32,000 bases of DNA. Source: Mycoplasma mycoides subsp. capri (GTDB lineage: Bacteria > Bacillota_I > Bacilli_A > Mycoplasmatales > Mycoplasmataceae). This document shows positions 11,579 through 21,755 of the stretch, piece after piece (the stretch's first letter is position 1; the number at the start of each line of letters is the position of its first letter). The stretch covers positions 750,001 to 782,000 of the forward strand of contig NZ_CP065581.1 in assembly GCF_018389705.1 (NCBI RefSeq). The letters are read 5' to 3'. The notes beneath the pieces were generated by a model. It was not told where the DNA came from. It did no database searches and worked only from the letters and a program-made list of their open reading frames with translations. Position numbers and translations under genes: made by a program.

Positions 11579-13534
11579 TTATTTTAATAATTTTTTAATA
11601 ATTACAAATGAGATTGCTAAACTAATAACAACACCAAGTGCTCCAAGTACAAAATATGCATCTTTTCTTTCAGTTTCTTTTATACTAGAAAATAAATTAT
11701 TAAGATTTTTTATTTCAGTTTCATCAGTTTTTCTACTTAATTGTAGTGGTTGAGGTTGTTCTACAAGTTCATGTACATAATTTGGTTCAACAGCACTAGA
11801 ATGAGTAGCTGGAACTGAATTTAATGTATTTGTATCTTTATTAATAGCTTGTTGAATATAAGCTGGATCAAAGAATTTTTCAGTTTGTTTGAATGGATCA
11901 AATCCAAGTGTAATATCTGGACTAACACCATATTCTAAACTTTGATGAGATTTATTAGTTAAAACATTATTACTACTTAATTGAATAATATCTCCAGTTG
12001 GTAGAATTGCTTGACTAATAGCTGAAGCTCCACCTGCAGTTTTAAATCCAATTACTTTTGCAACATTATTATCTTTAACTAGTTGAGGGAAAATGTTTCC
12101 AGCTGAGAATGAAAATGGTGAAGTTAAAACATAATAGTTAAAATCATATTTTTTAAATCTTGATTTAATAGTTTCAACTTTTTGTTCTTTTGTTAAAGGA
12201 TTATATGAATAAGATTTAAATGGTTTATCTGTTAAAAATCCCATAATTTCAAAAGCAGTTCCTAAATAACCACCACTATTAAAACTTACATCTAAAACAA
12301 TATTTTTAATACCATCTCTTTGAGCTTGTTTTAAGCTTTCTTCAATTTTAAAAGCTGAATTAGCTTCAAAGTTTTTAAATGAAATAACGCTTGTTTTTTT
12401 ATCTGGAGTATAAACATTTTTATAGTTTAACTCTTTATCATAATATGCACTTAATCTTCTTGCAATATCTTTAAATCTATCAGATCTAGGTGTTGTTGTT
12501 TTTAAAACAGCTTTATTAATTGTTTCTAAATCTTTATTATAATATCCAGTTAATAAATATGATGAATGTAAATCATCTAATTGTTCAATTAAATATCTAC
12601 TTGTTAAGTAGTGAGTAGTATTATCTGCTTTAATGTATTTTTCATATTTTTTAAATAAATCTTTATATGAAGCATTTTTATCTAATTTAATACCATAAAA
12701 ATGATCAAATAAAAATCCTAAATATTTATATTGAAAATCTTTTAAACCTGCTGGTATATGATTTTGATTATTTAAATATGAGTGTTTTAATTGTTTTAAT
12801 AAATCAACTTTTCCAAGTGTTTTACTATATGCAAATAAATTAACAGATTGTCCATTAAAATACAATTGCACGTTTGATTGATTTAAAAATAATTGATTAA
12901 TTAGTACTAATGGTAAATACAAGTCATTTTGATCATTTAAAATTTCGATTCCATACTTGTTTAAATCAAATACTATATGTTTATTTTTATTTACAATTTC
13001 AGTATTTAAAAAGTCAATATTTAAATCTTCTTCACCACGTCTATAAAAAGTGAAAATATCTGTAAAAAAGTCATTATCAGATACTGTAATAGTTTTATTT
13101 TTACTATCAATTTCTAGTTGATAGTTAGTAGTTTTATTATTATTTGAATATTTACTAATTGAGTTTAAAACAACTTTATTGTCTTTGTAATTATAACTAA
13201 TTTCTTTTTCTTTATAAAAGTTTGCGTTTTGATATGGTCTTACTTTTATTTTTGAAAAACTAATAAGTCCGTCTAGAGACTTTAGAAATTCTTTAACTCC
13301 AATATACGCAATCCCATTATGATCGTGTAAATTAATTTTTGTAGGTATATATTTGTTGTTAATTAAGTTTATATAATCATATGATTTTAACCCAACATTA
13401 GAGTTTGAACTACTTAAAAACCTTTTGGTTATTAAAAGATTATTATCAGTAGTTAGATTGTTAATCATAGCTATAGGTCCTAGTATGCTAATTGCACTTA
13501 AGCTTAAAAAGCCTATTTTTTTAACTAGTTTCAT
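11579..13534 (-). CDS. S41-family peptidase-like exported protein with C-terminal TM anchor (651 aa)
   Basis: N-terminal signal/TM (MKLVKKIGFLSLSAISILGPIAMI). S41 core features: DDLHSSYLL, NIVLDVSFNSGGYLGTAFEIMGFL, SPFSFSAGNIFPQLVKDNNVAKVIGFKTAGGASA. C-terminal TM: YFVLGALGVVISLAISFVIIKKLLK. SD AAGGAG upstream. Confidence 0.85.
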   Translation of the reverse strand: MKLVKKIGFLSLSAISILGPIAMINNLTTDNNLLITKRFLSSSNSNVGLKSYDYINLINNKYIPTKINLHDHNGIAYIGVKEFLKSLDGLISFSKIKVRPYQNANFYKEKEISYNYKDNKVVLNSISKYSNNNKTTNYQLEIDSKNKTITVSDNDFFTDIFTFYRRGEEDLNIDFLNTEIVNKNKHIVFDLNKYGIEILNDQNDLYLPLVLINQLFLNQSNVQLYFNGQSVNLFAYSKTLGKVDLLKQLKHSYLNNQNHIPAGLKDFQYKYLGFLFDHFYGIKLDKNASYKDLFKKYEKYIKADNTTHYLTSRYLIEQLDDLHSSYLLTGYYNKDLETINKAVLKTTTPRSDRFKDIARRLSAYYDKELNYKNVYTPDKKTSVISFKNFEANSAFKIEESLKQAQRDGIKNIVLDVSFNSGGYLGTAFEIMGFLTDKPFKSYSYNPLTKEQKVETIKSRFKKYDFNYYVLTSPFSFSAGNIFPQLVKDNNVAKVIGFKTAGGASAISQAILPTGDIIQLSSNNVLTNKSHQSLEYGVSPDITLGFDPFKQTEKFFDPAYIQQAINKDTNTLNSVPATHSSAVEPNYVHELVEQPQPLQLSRKTDETEIKNLNNLFSSIKETERKDAYFVLGALGVVISLAISFVIIKKLLK

Positions 13535-13641
13535 AATCTTTTTCTCCTTTTTGCTTTATTTAAATATTAGTCCATTTTTTTGCTTATGCAAGATCTATAC
13601 TGGTTTTTTAGACGTTTTTTAAATAAAGAAATACAAAGAAA

Positions 13642-13667
13642 AAAACATTTGTATAAAAATGTTTTTA
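13642..13667 (-). terminator. Probable intrinsic terminator at thiI 3' end
   Basis: Minus strand reads TAAAAACATTTTTATACAAATGTTTTTTT: weak A/T-rich stem AAACATTT/AAATGTTT followed by a T-run. Confidence 0.55.
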
Positions 13668-14852
13668 TTCTTGTGCAAATTCTCCATTTTTATAAACAAA
13701 TGTTTTAATATTATTTTTTATAGTCTCTTCTAATAGTTCTTTTCAATAAATATTTTCTTCTAATTTATTTGCTATATCTAGTTTTGGTTTAATGATCGGA
13801 TCTTTTGGTACAAACATACTGCATACATCATCAAAAGGTAAAATAGAAGTCTCATAAGTATCTATAAATTTAGCTATTTTAATAATTTCTTCTTTATCAT
13901 AAGTAATTACAGGTCTTAAAATTGGTAAATCACTTACATTATTAATTACATTAATACTTTGAATCGTTTGACTAGCAACTTGTCCTAAACTTTCTCCAGT
14001 AATAATTGCTTTATTGTTATTATTTTTTGCAATAATATTTGCAATTCTTAAAAACATTCTTCTCATAATTGTAATTTTATAACTAGGATCAATTAGATGT
14101 TGTAGCTCTTGTAATAGCAAATTAAAATCACAAATATGTAATTTAAAATTAGATAAATTATATTTTGCTAATTTTTTTGCTAAATTAAAAACTTTATCTA
14201 GTGCTTGATATGAAGTATGTGGTGGAGTCATAAAATGAATAAAATCTACTTGCATACCTCTTTTTAAAGTTAAAAATGCACTAACTGGTGAATCAATGCC
14301 TCCACTTAATAAACATAACCCTTTATCACTAATTCCAACTGGTAAACCTTTTAATCCATCAATTCTATTATCAAAAACATCAACATGATCTTTTTTAACA
14401 ACTATTTCAATTACTAATTCTGGGTTATGTACATCAACTGACAAATGATCAGTATTTTTTAAAATTTCAGTTGCTAAAATGTGTTTTAATTCTATACTTG
14501 TATAATTAAATGATTTATTTTTTCTACTTACTTCTAGTTTAAAAGTTTTTGCTTTTGAGTTTTTAGCAATTTGTAAAGCTGCTTTTTTAATTTGTTCTAA
14601 ATCTTTATTAACATAATTAATAATTGAAATTGAATAAATTCCAAATACAGTTTTTAGTTGTTCTATAATTTGAGTTTCTAGTTCATCTTTAATTTCTAAA
14701 GTCAAAGAATTATGATCTTTTATAAACTTAATGTCTTCTTTATCAAATTGTTTTAATTTAAATTTAATATTTGAAATTAACTTATCAATAAATTGAAATC
14801 TATTATTTCCTTTTAAAGTTAATTCACCATATCTGATTAATATATATTTCAT
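13665..14852 (-). CDS. thiI: tRNA 4-thiouridine(8) synthase ThiI
   Basis: MKYILIRYGELTLKGNNRFQF, GLPVGISDKGLCLLSGGIDSPVSAFLTLKRGM (PP-loop), GESLGQVASQTIQSI, RPVITYDKEEII, CSMFVPKDP. The frame continues through TGA (Trp) at 13743 to ...NIKTFVYKNGEFAQE*. Confidence 0.96.
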
Positions 14853-14859
14853 ATTTCAC

Positions 14860-16647
14860 CTATAATTGATTTTTTCTAATCAAATGTATTGCTAAATTAA
14901 TTACTTTTTTATGATTTTTTTCTTTAAATTTAGTTAGAATTTCTTCAAAAGCATTATTATTTGAAATATAAGCTAAATTTTTAGCAATATAAATTATAAT
15001 TTGTTGAGCAATTTTATAAATCACTACTACTTGTTCTATATTTAAATGCAATTGTTCAACTTGTTCTATTTGATTATCTAATTGATTATTTAAAACTAAT
15101 AAAGCATCATAATCATTTGTAAAGGTATTAGCCTCTAATTCCAAATTTTTATAAATAAAGTTAATAATTAAAAACTTATTATTAATTAATTCTTTATAAA
15201 CACTTCAATTAATTACTTTTTCATATTTTTTAATAATAGCTTGACTTAAAAATAATAAAGTTTTAATGTTATCATACTTAGTTTCTAAATCTCTTAAAAC
15301 TAATGACTTGTTTTTTAAAAGAGTTTTTATATCAATAAGTTGAGTATAGTGTTTTTTAATATCAATTAAAACATTTCTTATATAATTTACATAATCAACA
15401 ATCAAACTATTAAACTGAATAAAATTAGAACTAATTTTTTGATATTCTTTATCAAACTCAGTTGTTATATTATTAAAACTAGTTTTTAGTTGGTCAAATT
15501 GAATTTTAATATCACTAATATCATTATTTAAATTATTATTAAAATTAATTAATTCTTCAGTTTTTAGTAATTCAGTATTAAACGATAATAAAATTGTTCT
15601 AATATTTTTAACATTAGTTTCAAATAAACTTAAAATTTGCTGATCATATTTTAAAATTACATCTAAGTTTTGAATATTTTTAATTAATGTTTCAATTATT
15701 AAAAAGGCTTGGTTGTTTTTACCGTGAAATAACAACTTTTCAACAGCTTGTTTTTGGTCTATAAATTGTTGTTCTAATAAGTTGATTTGATATTTAATTA
15801 ACTGATTATTTTTTTGATTAACATCTAGTTGTACTTTATTTTTAATTTCTTGAAGTTTTGAATCTAATATTCCATTAAATTCTAAAAATTTAGTGATTTT
15901 ATAATGATCATCTAAAAACTTAATATATTCAATAACATTATTACTTAATAAATTTAACTTACTAAAAGCTTCTTTAAAATTACCTATTTTAATGTAATAT
16001 TCACAAACAATCATTTTTTTAAATATTGATTCTTGATAATTATTAATAATCTTTTTATCAATATTTAGTTCATTATTTTCTTGTTCTTTAAAAACTATAT
16101 CAAATAAATCATTTATATGATTTTGTAAAATAATACGATAATCTCTTAATAAAAATTCAATATTAGTAACTTGCTGAGTTTCACTATACATTAAGTTAAC
16201 TTTTTGATAAATAGCTTTACTTGTTTTATACAATTTTCTAGTTCTATAAAAATTTTTAATACTTAAAACTCTAAATAAAATTTTTTTAGAATAAGAATTT
16301 AAATCAAAATGTTCTTTAGTTTGTTTAATTAAAATATCTAATTCAACATTATAAATTTGATTATATTTAATCTTTCAGATTTCTAAAGCTTTACTTAGAT
16401 TTTGATTATTTGAATTAGTTACTATAAATTGCATTCTAACTAATCTATTAGCTAGTGGATGTTTTAAAGTTTTTTCAATATTTAAAAAAGTAAAGTGTAA
16501 TTTTTTTAAAGTATTTCTATAAACATAAAGTTTAAAAATAGTAAATAAACTACAAAAAAAAGCTAATAAAAAAATAGTTAAAAAAACAATATTAATTGCT
16601 TTTGTTTCACTTAGTTTTGTAATAATTAACATTAATTCAAATCACAT
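14860..16647 (-). CDS. ezrA: EzrA-like septation ring formation regulator (about 595 aa)
   Basis: ORFs 16375-16632, 15205-16233 and 14860-15144 are one continuous frame joined by TGA (Trp) codons, ending at TAG 14860-14862. N-terminal TM then cytoplasmic coiled coil. ATG at 16647 has SD AGGAAAA 6 nt upstream. Neighbours rpsD and thiI match Firmicute ezrA synteny. Confidence 0.72.
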
Positions 16648-16670
16648 ATTAGCTTTTCCTAAACACAAAT

Positions 16671-16676
16671 ATTATA
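16671..16676 (-). promoter_or_regulatory. Putative extended -10 promoter for ezrA/thiI
   Basis: Minus strand TTTTGGTATAATATT (TGnTATAAT), about 24 nt upstream of the ATG at 16647. Confidence 0.5.
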
Positions 16677-16735
16677 CCAAAATCAAATAATAGATTATCT
16701 TATTGATATTTATATTAATATAGGTAAAAATAATA

Positions 16736-16899
16736 TATAATAAATAAGTTATTTACTATATTCTGCAGATAATTATAGATTAGGTGCTGTCTATTTTTTA
16801 AAAAAGTAAGTTTTAGCAGTAAAACTGAATTAATAGACTGACTAGTTTAGGAATTATTTAAGATATTTTAATAACCATATTTAAATTAAGGAGAATATT
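16736..16899 (+). promoter_or_regulatory. rpsD promoter (-10 TATAAT at 16736-16741) and structured 5' leader
   Basis: TATAAT box, about 150 nt untranslated leader with nested inverted repeats, then SD AAGGAG before the ATG at 16900. Confidence 0.55.
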
Positions 16900-17526
16900 A
16901 TGTCAAGATTTATCGGATCAACATTTAAAAAGTCTCGTAGATTTGGTTTTTCAATTCTTGAAACTGGAAAAGAATTTAGCAAAGGTAAAAAAAGAATAAC
17001 AACACCAGGTCAACATGGTAAAGAAAGAGCTAAAGTTAAAGTTTCTGAATATGGTCAACAATTACAAGAAAAACAAAAAGTTAAATTTATGTATGGACTA
17101 AGCGAAAGACAATTTAGAAATACTTTTGCAAAAGCTAAAAAAATGCAAGGAATTTTAGGAACTAACTTTTTAGTTTTACTAGAATCAAGATTAGATAATA
17201 TTGTTTATAGATTAGGATTTAGTGCTACTAGACAAGGTGCTAGACAATTAGTAAACCATGGTCATATTTTAGTAAATGGTAAAAAAGTAGATATTCCTTC
17301 ATATTTATTAAGTGTTGGTGATTTAGTTGAAGTTAAAGCATCAATGAAAAAAAATGAAAAAGTTTTAGAAGCATTACAAAACAATGAAGCAACTTTAGAA
17401 TTTGTTAAAGTTAATAAAAATGAAGTTAAAGGTGAATTTGTAAGACTTCCAGAAAGAACTGAATTAAGCAGTGAAATTAGTGAATCACTAATTGTTGAAT
17501 GATACAACCGTTTAATTAAAAAATAA
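16900..17526 (+). CDS. rpsD: 30S ribosomal protein S4
   Basis: [26 protein letters not shown]...[45 protein letters not shown] (S4 domain). Continues through TGA (Trp) to ...EWYNRLIKK*. Confidence 0.98.
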
Positions 17527-17543
17527 AAATAAAAACTTATAAT

Positions 17544-17569
17544 AAAAATCAAGCTTAAGCTTGATTTTT
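17544..17569. terminator. Bidirectional intrinsic terminator between rpsD and dhaM
   Basis: Perfect palindrome AAAAATCAAGCTTAAGCTTGATTTTT between convergent stops. Confidence 0.85.
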
Positions 17570-17965
17570 TTATTCTTCTATTTTATTTAATTTTAAATTA
17601 ATTAGTTCTTGTTGAATTTGGTCAATATTTTTATTCATAGAACTATTAATTGCAGCTAAAATTGTTCCTTCAACTAAAGCAGCATCAATTATTTTAATTT
17701 TGTTTTGTTTATCTGGTTCTAACATTTCAATCGCCATTTGAGCATTCATTAAAGCTGAACCTAAATCAAATAATAAAATAACACCATCATTTGGATCTCA
17801 AGCTTTATTAATAGCATCAATTATTAAGTCAATATCAGTTCCAATTAGATTATCTTTAGTACCACCTGCTGGAATAATTTTAACTTCATTTGCCATTTGT
17901 TTTGCTAGATCAACAACACCATTTGCTATTTTATTACTATGTGAAATAACTACTATTCCTACCAT
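17570..17965 (-). CDS. dhaM: PTS-dependent dihydroxyacetone kinase phosphotransferase subunit DhaM (EIIA-like)
   Basis: MVGIVVISHSNKIANGVVDLAKQM...IIPAGGTKDNLIGTDIDLIIDAINKAWDPNDGVILLFDLGSALMNAQMAIEML. Starts at ATG 17963-17965 with SD AAGGAT, not at the upstream GTG used by the ORF track. Confidence 0.9.
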
Positions 17966-17972
17966 ACAATCC

Positions 17973-18599
17973 TTAAATGTTTTCACTAATACATTTTAAT
18001 ATTAAATAACTAGAGTAAGATCCAGGATCAATATGACCAACACTTCTTTGTCCTAAATAACTTGCTCTACCTTTTTTAGCAATTATGTTTTTAGTTTCTT
18101 CAACTTTTAAATAAGCTAATTGCACTGCTTTATTTAAAATTTCTTTAGCATTTTCATTTTTATTAATCAATTCTTTAATTAAATCACTGACTGGTTCTAA
18201 AACATCAACCATTGTTTTATCTCCAATATTAGCTTTACCACGTAATTTGATTCCACTAACTGCATCATTTAAACAAACTGAAAAATCATCAATATTCATT
18301 TCTGTTTTATCATTTAAACTCATACTAGCTTTTAAAAATGCAGTTCCATATAAAGGTCCAGAAGCTCCACCAACATTAGAAACTAAAACCATTCCCACTT
18401 TTTTAAACATACTACTAATATCAGTATATGAGTTATTTTCAAGATCTTCTTTAACTTTTAAAAATCCTCTTGATAAATTGTGACCATGATCTCCATCACC
18501 AATTATCTGATCTAATTTAGTTAATTCTTCTTTATTATTATCAATAACTTCAGCTATTTTTAATAAAATTTGTTTGACTGCTTCAATTTTTAAACTCAT
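17973..18599 (-). CDS. dhaL: Dihydroxyacetone kinase ADP-binding subunit DhaL
   Basis: [65 protein letters not shown]. Confidence 0.93.
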   Translation of the reverse strand: MSLKIEAVKQILLKIAEVIDNNKEELTKLDQIIGDGDHGHNLSRGFLKVKEDLENNSYTDISSMFKKVGMVLVSNVGGASGPLYGTAFLKASMSLNDKTEMNIDDFSVCLNDAVSGIKLRGKANIGDKTMVDVLEPVSDLIKELINKNENAKEILNKAVQLAYLKVEETKNIIAKKGRASYLGQRSVGHIDPGSYSSYLILKCISENI

Positions 18600-18664
18600 T
18601 TTAATACCTCTTACTATTAAAATATCTAATAAACTTGTTATTTAAATTATACTATTAAACAAAA

Positions 18665-18687
18665 AATAGCTCTAAAATAGAGCTATT
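18665..18687 (-). terminator. Intrinsic terminator of the ptsI-crr operon
   Basis: AATAGCTCTA-AAA-TAGAGCTATT, followed on the minus strand by TTTTTTG. Overlaps the stop codon of the upstream small gene. Confidence 0.85.
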
Positions 18688-18962
18688 ATTCCAATTATTA
18701 AAAACGTAACACTCAAAACAACACCCACTAAATAGCAACATATTATAGTGAAATTTATTCAGAATTTTTTATCACTTTTTTTAGTTGTATTAATATAAAA
18801 ACTTCTTGCTTGTTCATGTTGTTGTTTTAATTTAATTTTTTTGATAATAAATATTGCTAATATTAATAAAATTGCTAAAAGAATAGAAACTAATATAAAA
18901 ATAATTGCTCAGCTTTTAGAAATTTCATTATTTAAAATAGTTACAAATAATTTGTTTAACAT
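18672..18962 (-). CDS. Small two-TM membrane protein (96 aa)
   Basis: ATG immediately abuts the crr stop (TAGATG). MLNKLFVTILNNEISKSWAIIFILVSILLAILLILAIFIIKKIKLKQQHEQARSFYINTTKKSDKKFWINFTIICCYLVGVVLSVTFLIIGIIALF*. Contains two TGA (Trp), so it is absent from the ORF track. Confidence 0.72.
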
Positions 18963-19427
18963 CTATTTTAAAATAGCAACAACATCGCCTTTTTTAACTT
19001 CTCCCATTTTTACAATTTCTAAAGTTTTTCCACCATTGTTTGTAAAAATGATTGGAGATTTAATTGATGGAACTTTTTTAGATACTTCTTGTAAATCAAC
19101 AGTTACTAATTTGTCTCCAGCATTAACTTCTTGATCTTGAATTACATATGACTCAAAACCATTACCATCTAAACTTACTGTATCTAAACCAATATGTAAT
19201 AGGATTTCAACACCATTTTTTGTTTGAATTCCAAAAGCGTGCTTTGTTGGAAAAGCAGTTACTAATTTACCACTAACTGGAGCATGAAAATCGTTTGATG
19301 TTGGATAAATTGCAAATCCATCACCTAACATTCTTTCTCTAAAAACATCATCTTCAACTTCATCTAATGTAATTATTTTTCCATCACAAGGAGCCAAAAC
19401 TTTTAAATTTTTATTAAAAAATCACAT
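18963..19427 (-). CDS. crr: PTS system glucose-type EIIA component
   Basis: Start at ATG 19427 (MWFFNKNLKVLAPCDGKIITLDEVEDDVF...) with SD AGAGGTG. PVSGKLVTAFPTKHAFGIQTKNGVEILLHIGLDTV includes the EIIA-Glc phospho-His motif. Confidence 0.95.
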
Positions 19428-19508
19428 GTTACACCTCTTTTTTTACTTATTATCTTAATTTTAACATTTAATGCCTTATAGATGTTAATAAGATAACTAA
19501 CTCAAAAA

Positions 19509-21230
19509 TTAGTCTAAGTTCTTTAAAAACTCTTCAACAAGATCATTTACTTGTTGACTAGTTTGGCATTCTAAAGCTTTATTAGCTAATTGTTTAGCTT
19601 TTATAGATTCAATTTTACTCATAAGTGATCTAGCTTTTAAAACTGAAGTCGCACTCATTGAAAAAGCGTCTAAATCTAATCCTAATAAAATTGGTAAAGC
19701 CTTAGAATCTCCTGCCATTTCTCCACACATACCAACTCATTTATTATGCTTATGAGCTCCACTAATTGTTAGTTGAATTAATCTTAATAAAGAAGGGTTT
19801 AATGGTTGATATAGATATGAAACATTTTGATTCATTCTATCACTAGCAAATGAGTATTGAATTAAATCATTAGTTCCTATTGAAAAGAAATCAGCATATT
19901 TTGCAAATTGATCAGCTAATATAGCAGCTGATGGAATTTCAATCATCATTCCAATTTGCACTTGTTTATCATATTTTATATTTTCTTTATCAAGTTCTAA
20001 TTTACATTCTTCAACAAATGCTTTAGCTTGTTTAAATTCATCAATTGTAGCAATCATTGGAAACATAATACCTAATTTTCCAAATGCTGAAGCTTTTAAT
20101 AATGCTCTAATTTGATCTTTAAAAATATCTTTTCTATCTAGAGTGAACCTAATTGCTCTATATCCTAAAAAAGGATTCATTTCTTCATCAAATTTAAAAT
20201 ATGATAGCTTTTTATCTCCACCAATATCTAAAGTACGAAAAACTACTAAATGATTTATCTGACTAACAACTTTTTTATAAGCTTCAAATTGTTCTTCTTC
20301 AGTTGGAAAATGATCATTATCCATATACAAGAATTCAGTTCTAAATAACCCAATACCTTCAGCTCCTGAATCTAGAACTGATTGAATATCATTTGTTGAA
20401 CCAATATTTGCTTCAATTAGCTTTTTAATTTTATCTTTTGTTAAACTTGGTTTATCTTTAAATTTTTTTAATTGGTCTTTTAATTCTAAATATTGTTTTA
20501 CTTTAGTTTGATAGTTTTTAATATCATCATCATTTAAATCTAATTCAACAATCCCACTACTTCCATCTAAAGCTATCAAATCATCAGTTTTAACTAATTC
20601 AGTAATATTTTTTAATCCTAAAATTGCAGGAATTTCTAAACTTCTTGCCATAATAGCAGCATGACTAGTTCTTCCACCAACATTAGTTAAAAATCCTTTA
20701 ACAAATTTTTTATCTAATTGAGCAGTTTGACTTGGAGTTAGATCATCACTAATAATAATTACTTCTTTATCAATAGTTGATAAATCATGAATTTCTAATC
20801 CTAAAATATGAGAAATAATTCTTGAACTAACATCTTTAATATCTGCACTTCGTTCTTTAAAATATGGATCTTCTAACTGACTAAACATTTCAAAATAATT
20901 ATTAGATACTATAAAAAGTGCATATTCAGCATTTACTTTTTCAGTTTTAATTAATTGAACAACCTCTTCTTTAATAGTAGGATCATTTGCAATATCTTGA
21001 TGTGCATCAAAAATTGCAGCCTTTTCTTCTCCTAATTTTTCTAAAGTAATTTTTTGAATTTTTTTTAAATCAGTAATTGTTTGATTAATTGCTTGTTCTA
21101 ATTTGACAATTTGTTGATCAACATCATCAATTAATTGCTTTTGAACATCAAGTTTAATTTCTTTAATAACAAGAGCTTTTGCTAAAGAAATACCATCACT
21201 TGCTGCAATTCCTTTAATTTGTTTTGACAT
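19509..21230 (-). CDS. ptsI: Phosphoenolpyruvate-protein phosphotransferase (Enzyme I), 573 aa
   Basis: GGRTSHAAIMARSLEIPAI active-site His motif, GIGLFRTEFLYM, MIEIPSAAILADQFA, FFSIGTNDLIQY. ORFs 19737-21230 and 19509-19730 are joined by TGA (Trp). Confidence 0.97.
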
Positions 21231-21323
21231 GTTTTTATCCTTACTATAAAATAAATAACTATTATTAATTTTAATCTACTAAGATAAAAAAACAACTTTA
21301 TAATCAATTTGAATTATAATAAT

Positions 21324-21746
21324 CTATTTTTTATAAAATTCAATTTCTCTTAAAATTGTTGAAGATAAACTTCTTTTATCATAATCACTAATAAAATAAA
21401 CTACTTCAATATTTGGATCTAAACTTTTAAATCCATCATAATATTTAATCTCATATTCAAAATCAGCTTGACTTCTTAAACCTCTAATTATAAAACTAGC
21501 ATTTAATTCTTTTGCAATAGTAGTAGTTAGTTTATTTTCATTAATAATAATTTCGACATTACTAAAATCTTTTATAAAATTTTTAATATTTTCAACTCTA
21601 CTTTGTAAATCTGGATCAAGTGATTTATTTACGTTTTTACTAACAACAACATATACTTTATCAAATAATAAAATAGCTTTTTTTAAAATATTTAAATGTC
21701 CTTTGTGAAAAGGATTAAAGCTTCCTGGATAAATTGCTGTTTTCAT
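21324..21746 (-). CDS. coaD: Phosphopantetheine adenylyltransferase
   Basis: MKTAIYPGSFNPFHKGHLNILKKA...IIRGLRSQADFEYEIKYYD...VVYFISDYDKRSLSSTILREI. Confidence 0.96.
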   Translation of the reverse strand: MKTAIYPGSFNPFHKGHLNILKKAILLFDKVYVVVSKNVNKSLDPDLQSRVENIKNFIKDFSNVEIIINENKLTTTIAKELNASFIIRGLRSQADFEYEIKYYDGFKSLDPNIEVVYFISDYDKRSLSSTILREIEFYKK

Positions 21747-21755
21747 ATTTTCTTT

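Noticed and set aside
13425-13622. Plus-strand 65-aa ORF
   Set aside because: Overlaps the signal-peptide region and upstream region of the S41 gene on the opposite strand; no supporting signals.
17262-17552. Minus-strand 96-aa ORF
   Set aside because: Antisense to rpsD, which is unambiguous.
17966-17986. GTG start for dhaM at 17986 as in the ORF track
   Set aside because: ATG at 17963-17965 has a well-spaced AAGGAT SD and gives the canonical MVGIVVISHS start; the longer version would overlap dhaL.
18247-19134. Plus-strand ORFs 18247-18483 and 18841-19134
   Set aside because: Antisense to dhaL and to the small membrane protein/crr, respectively.
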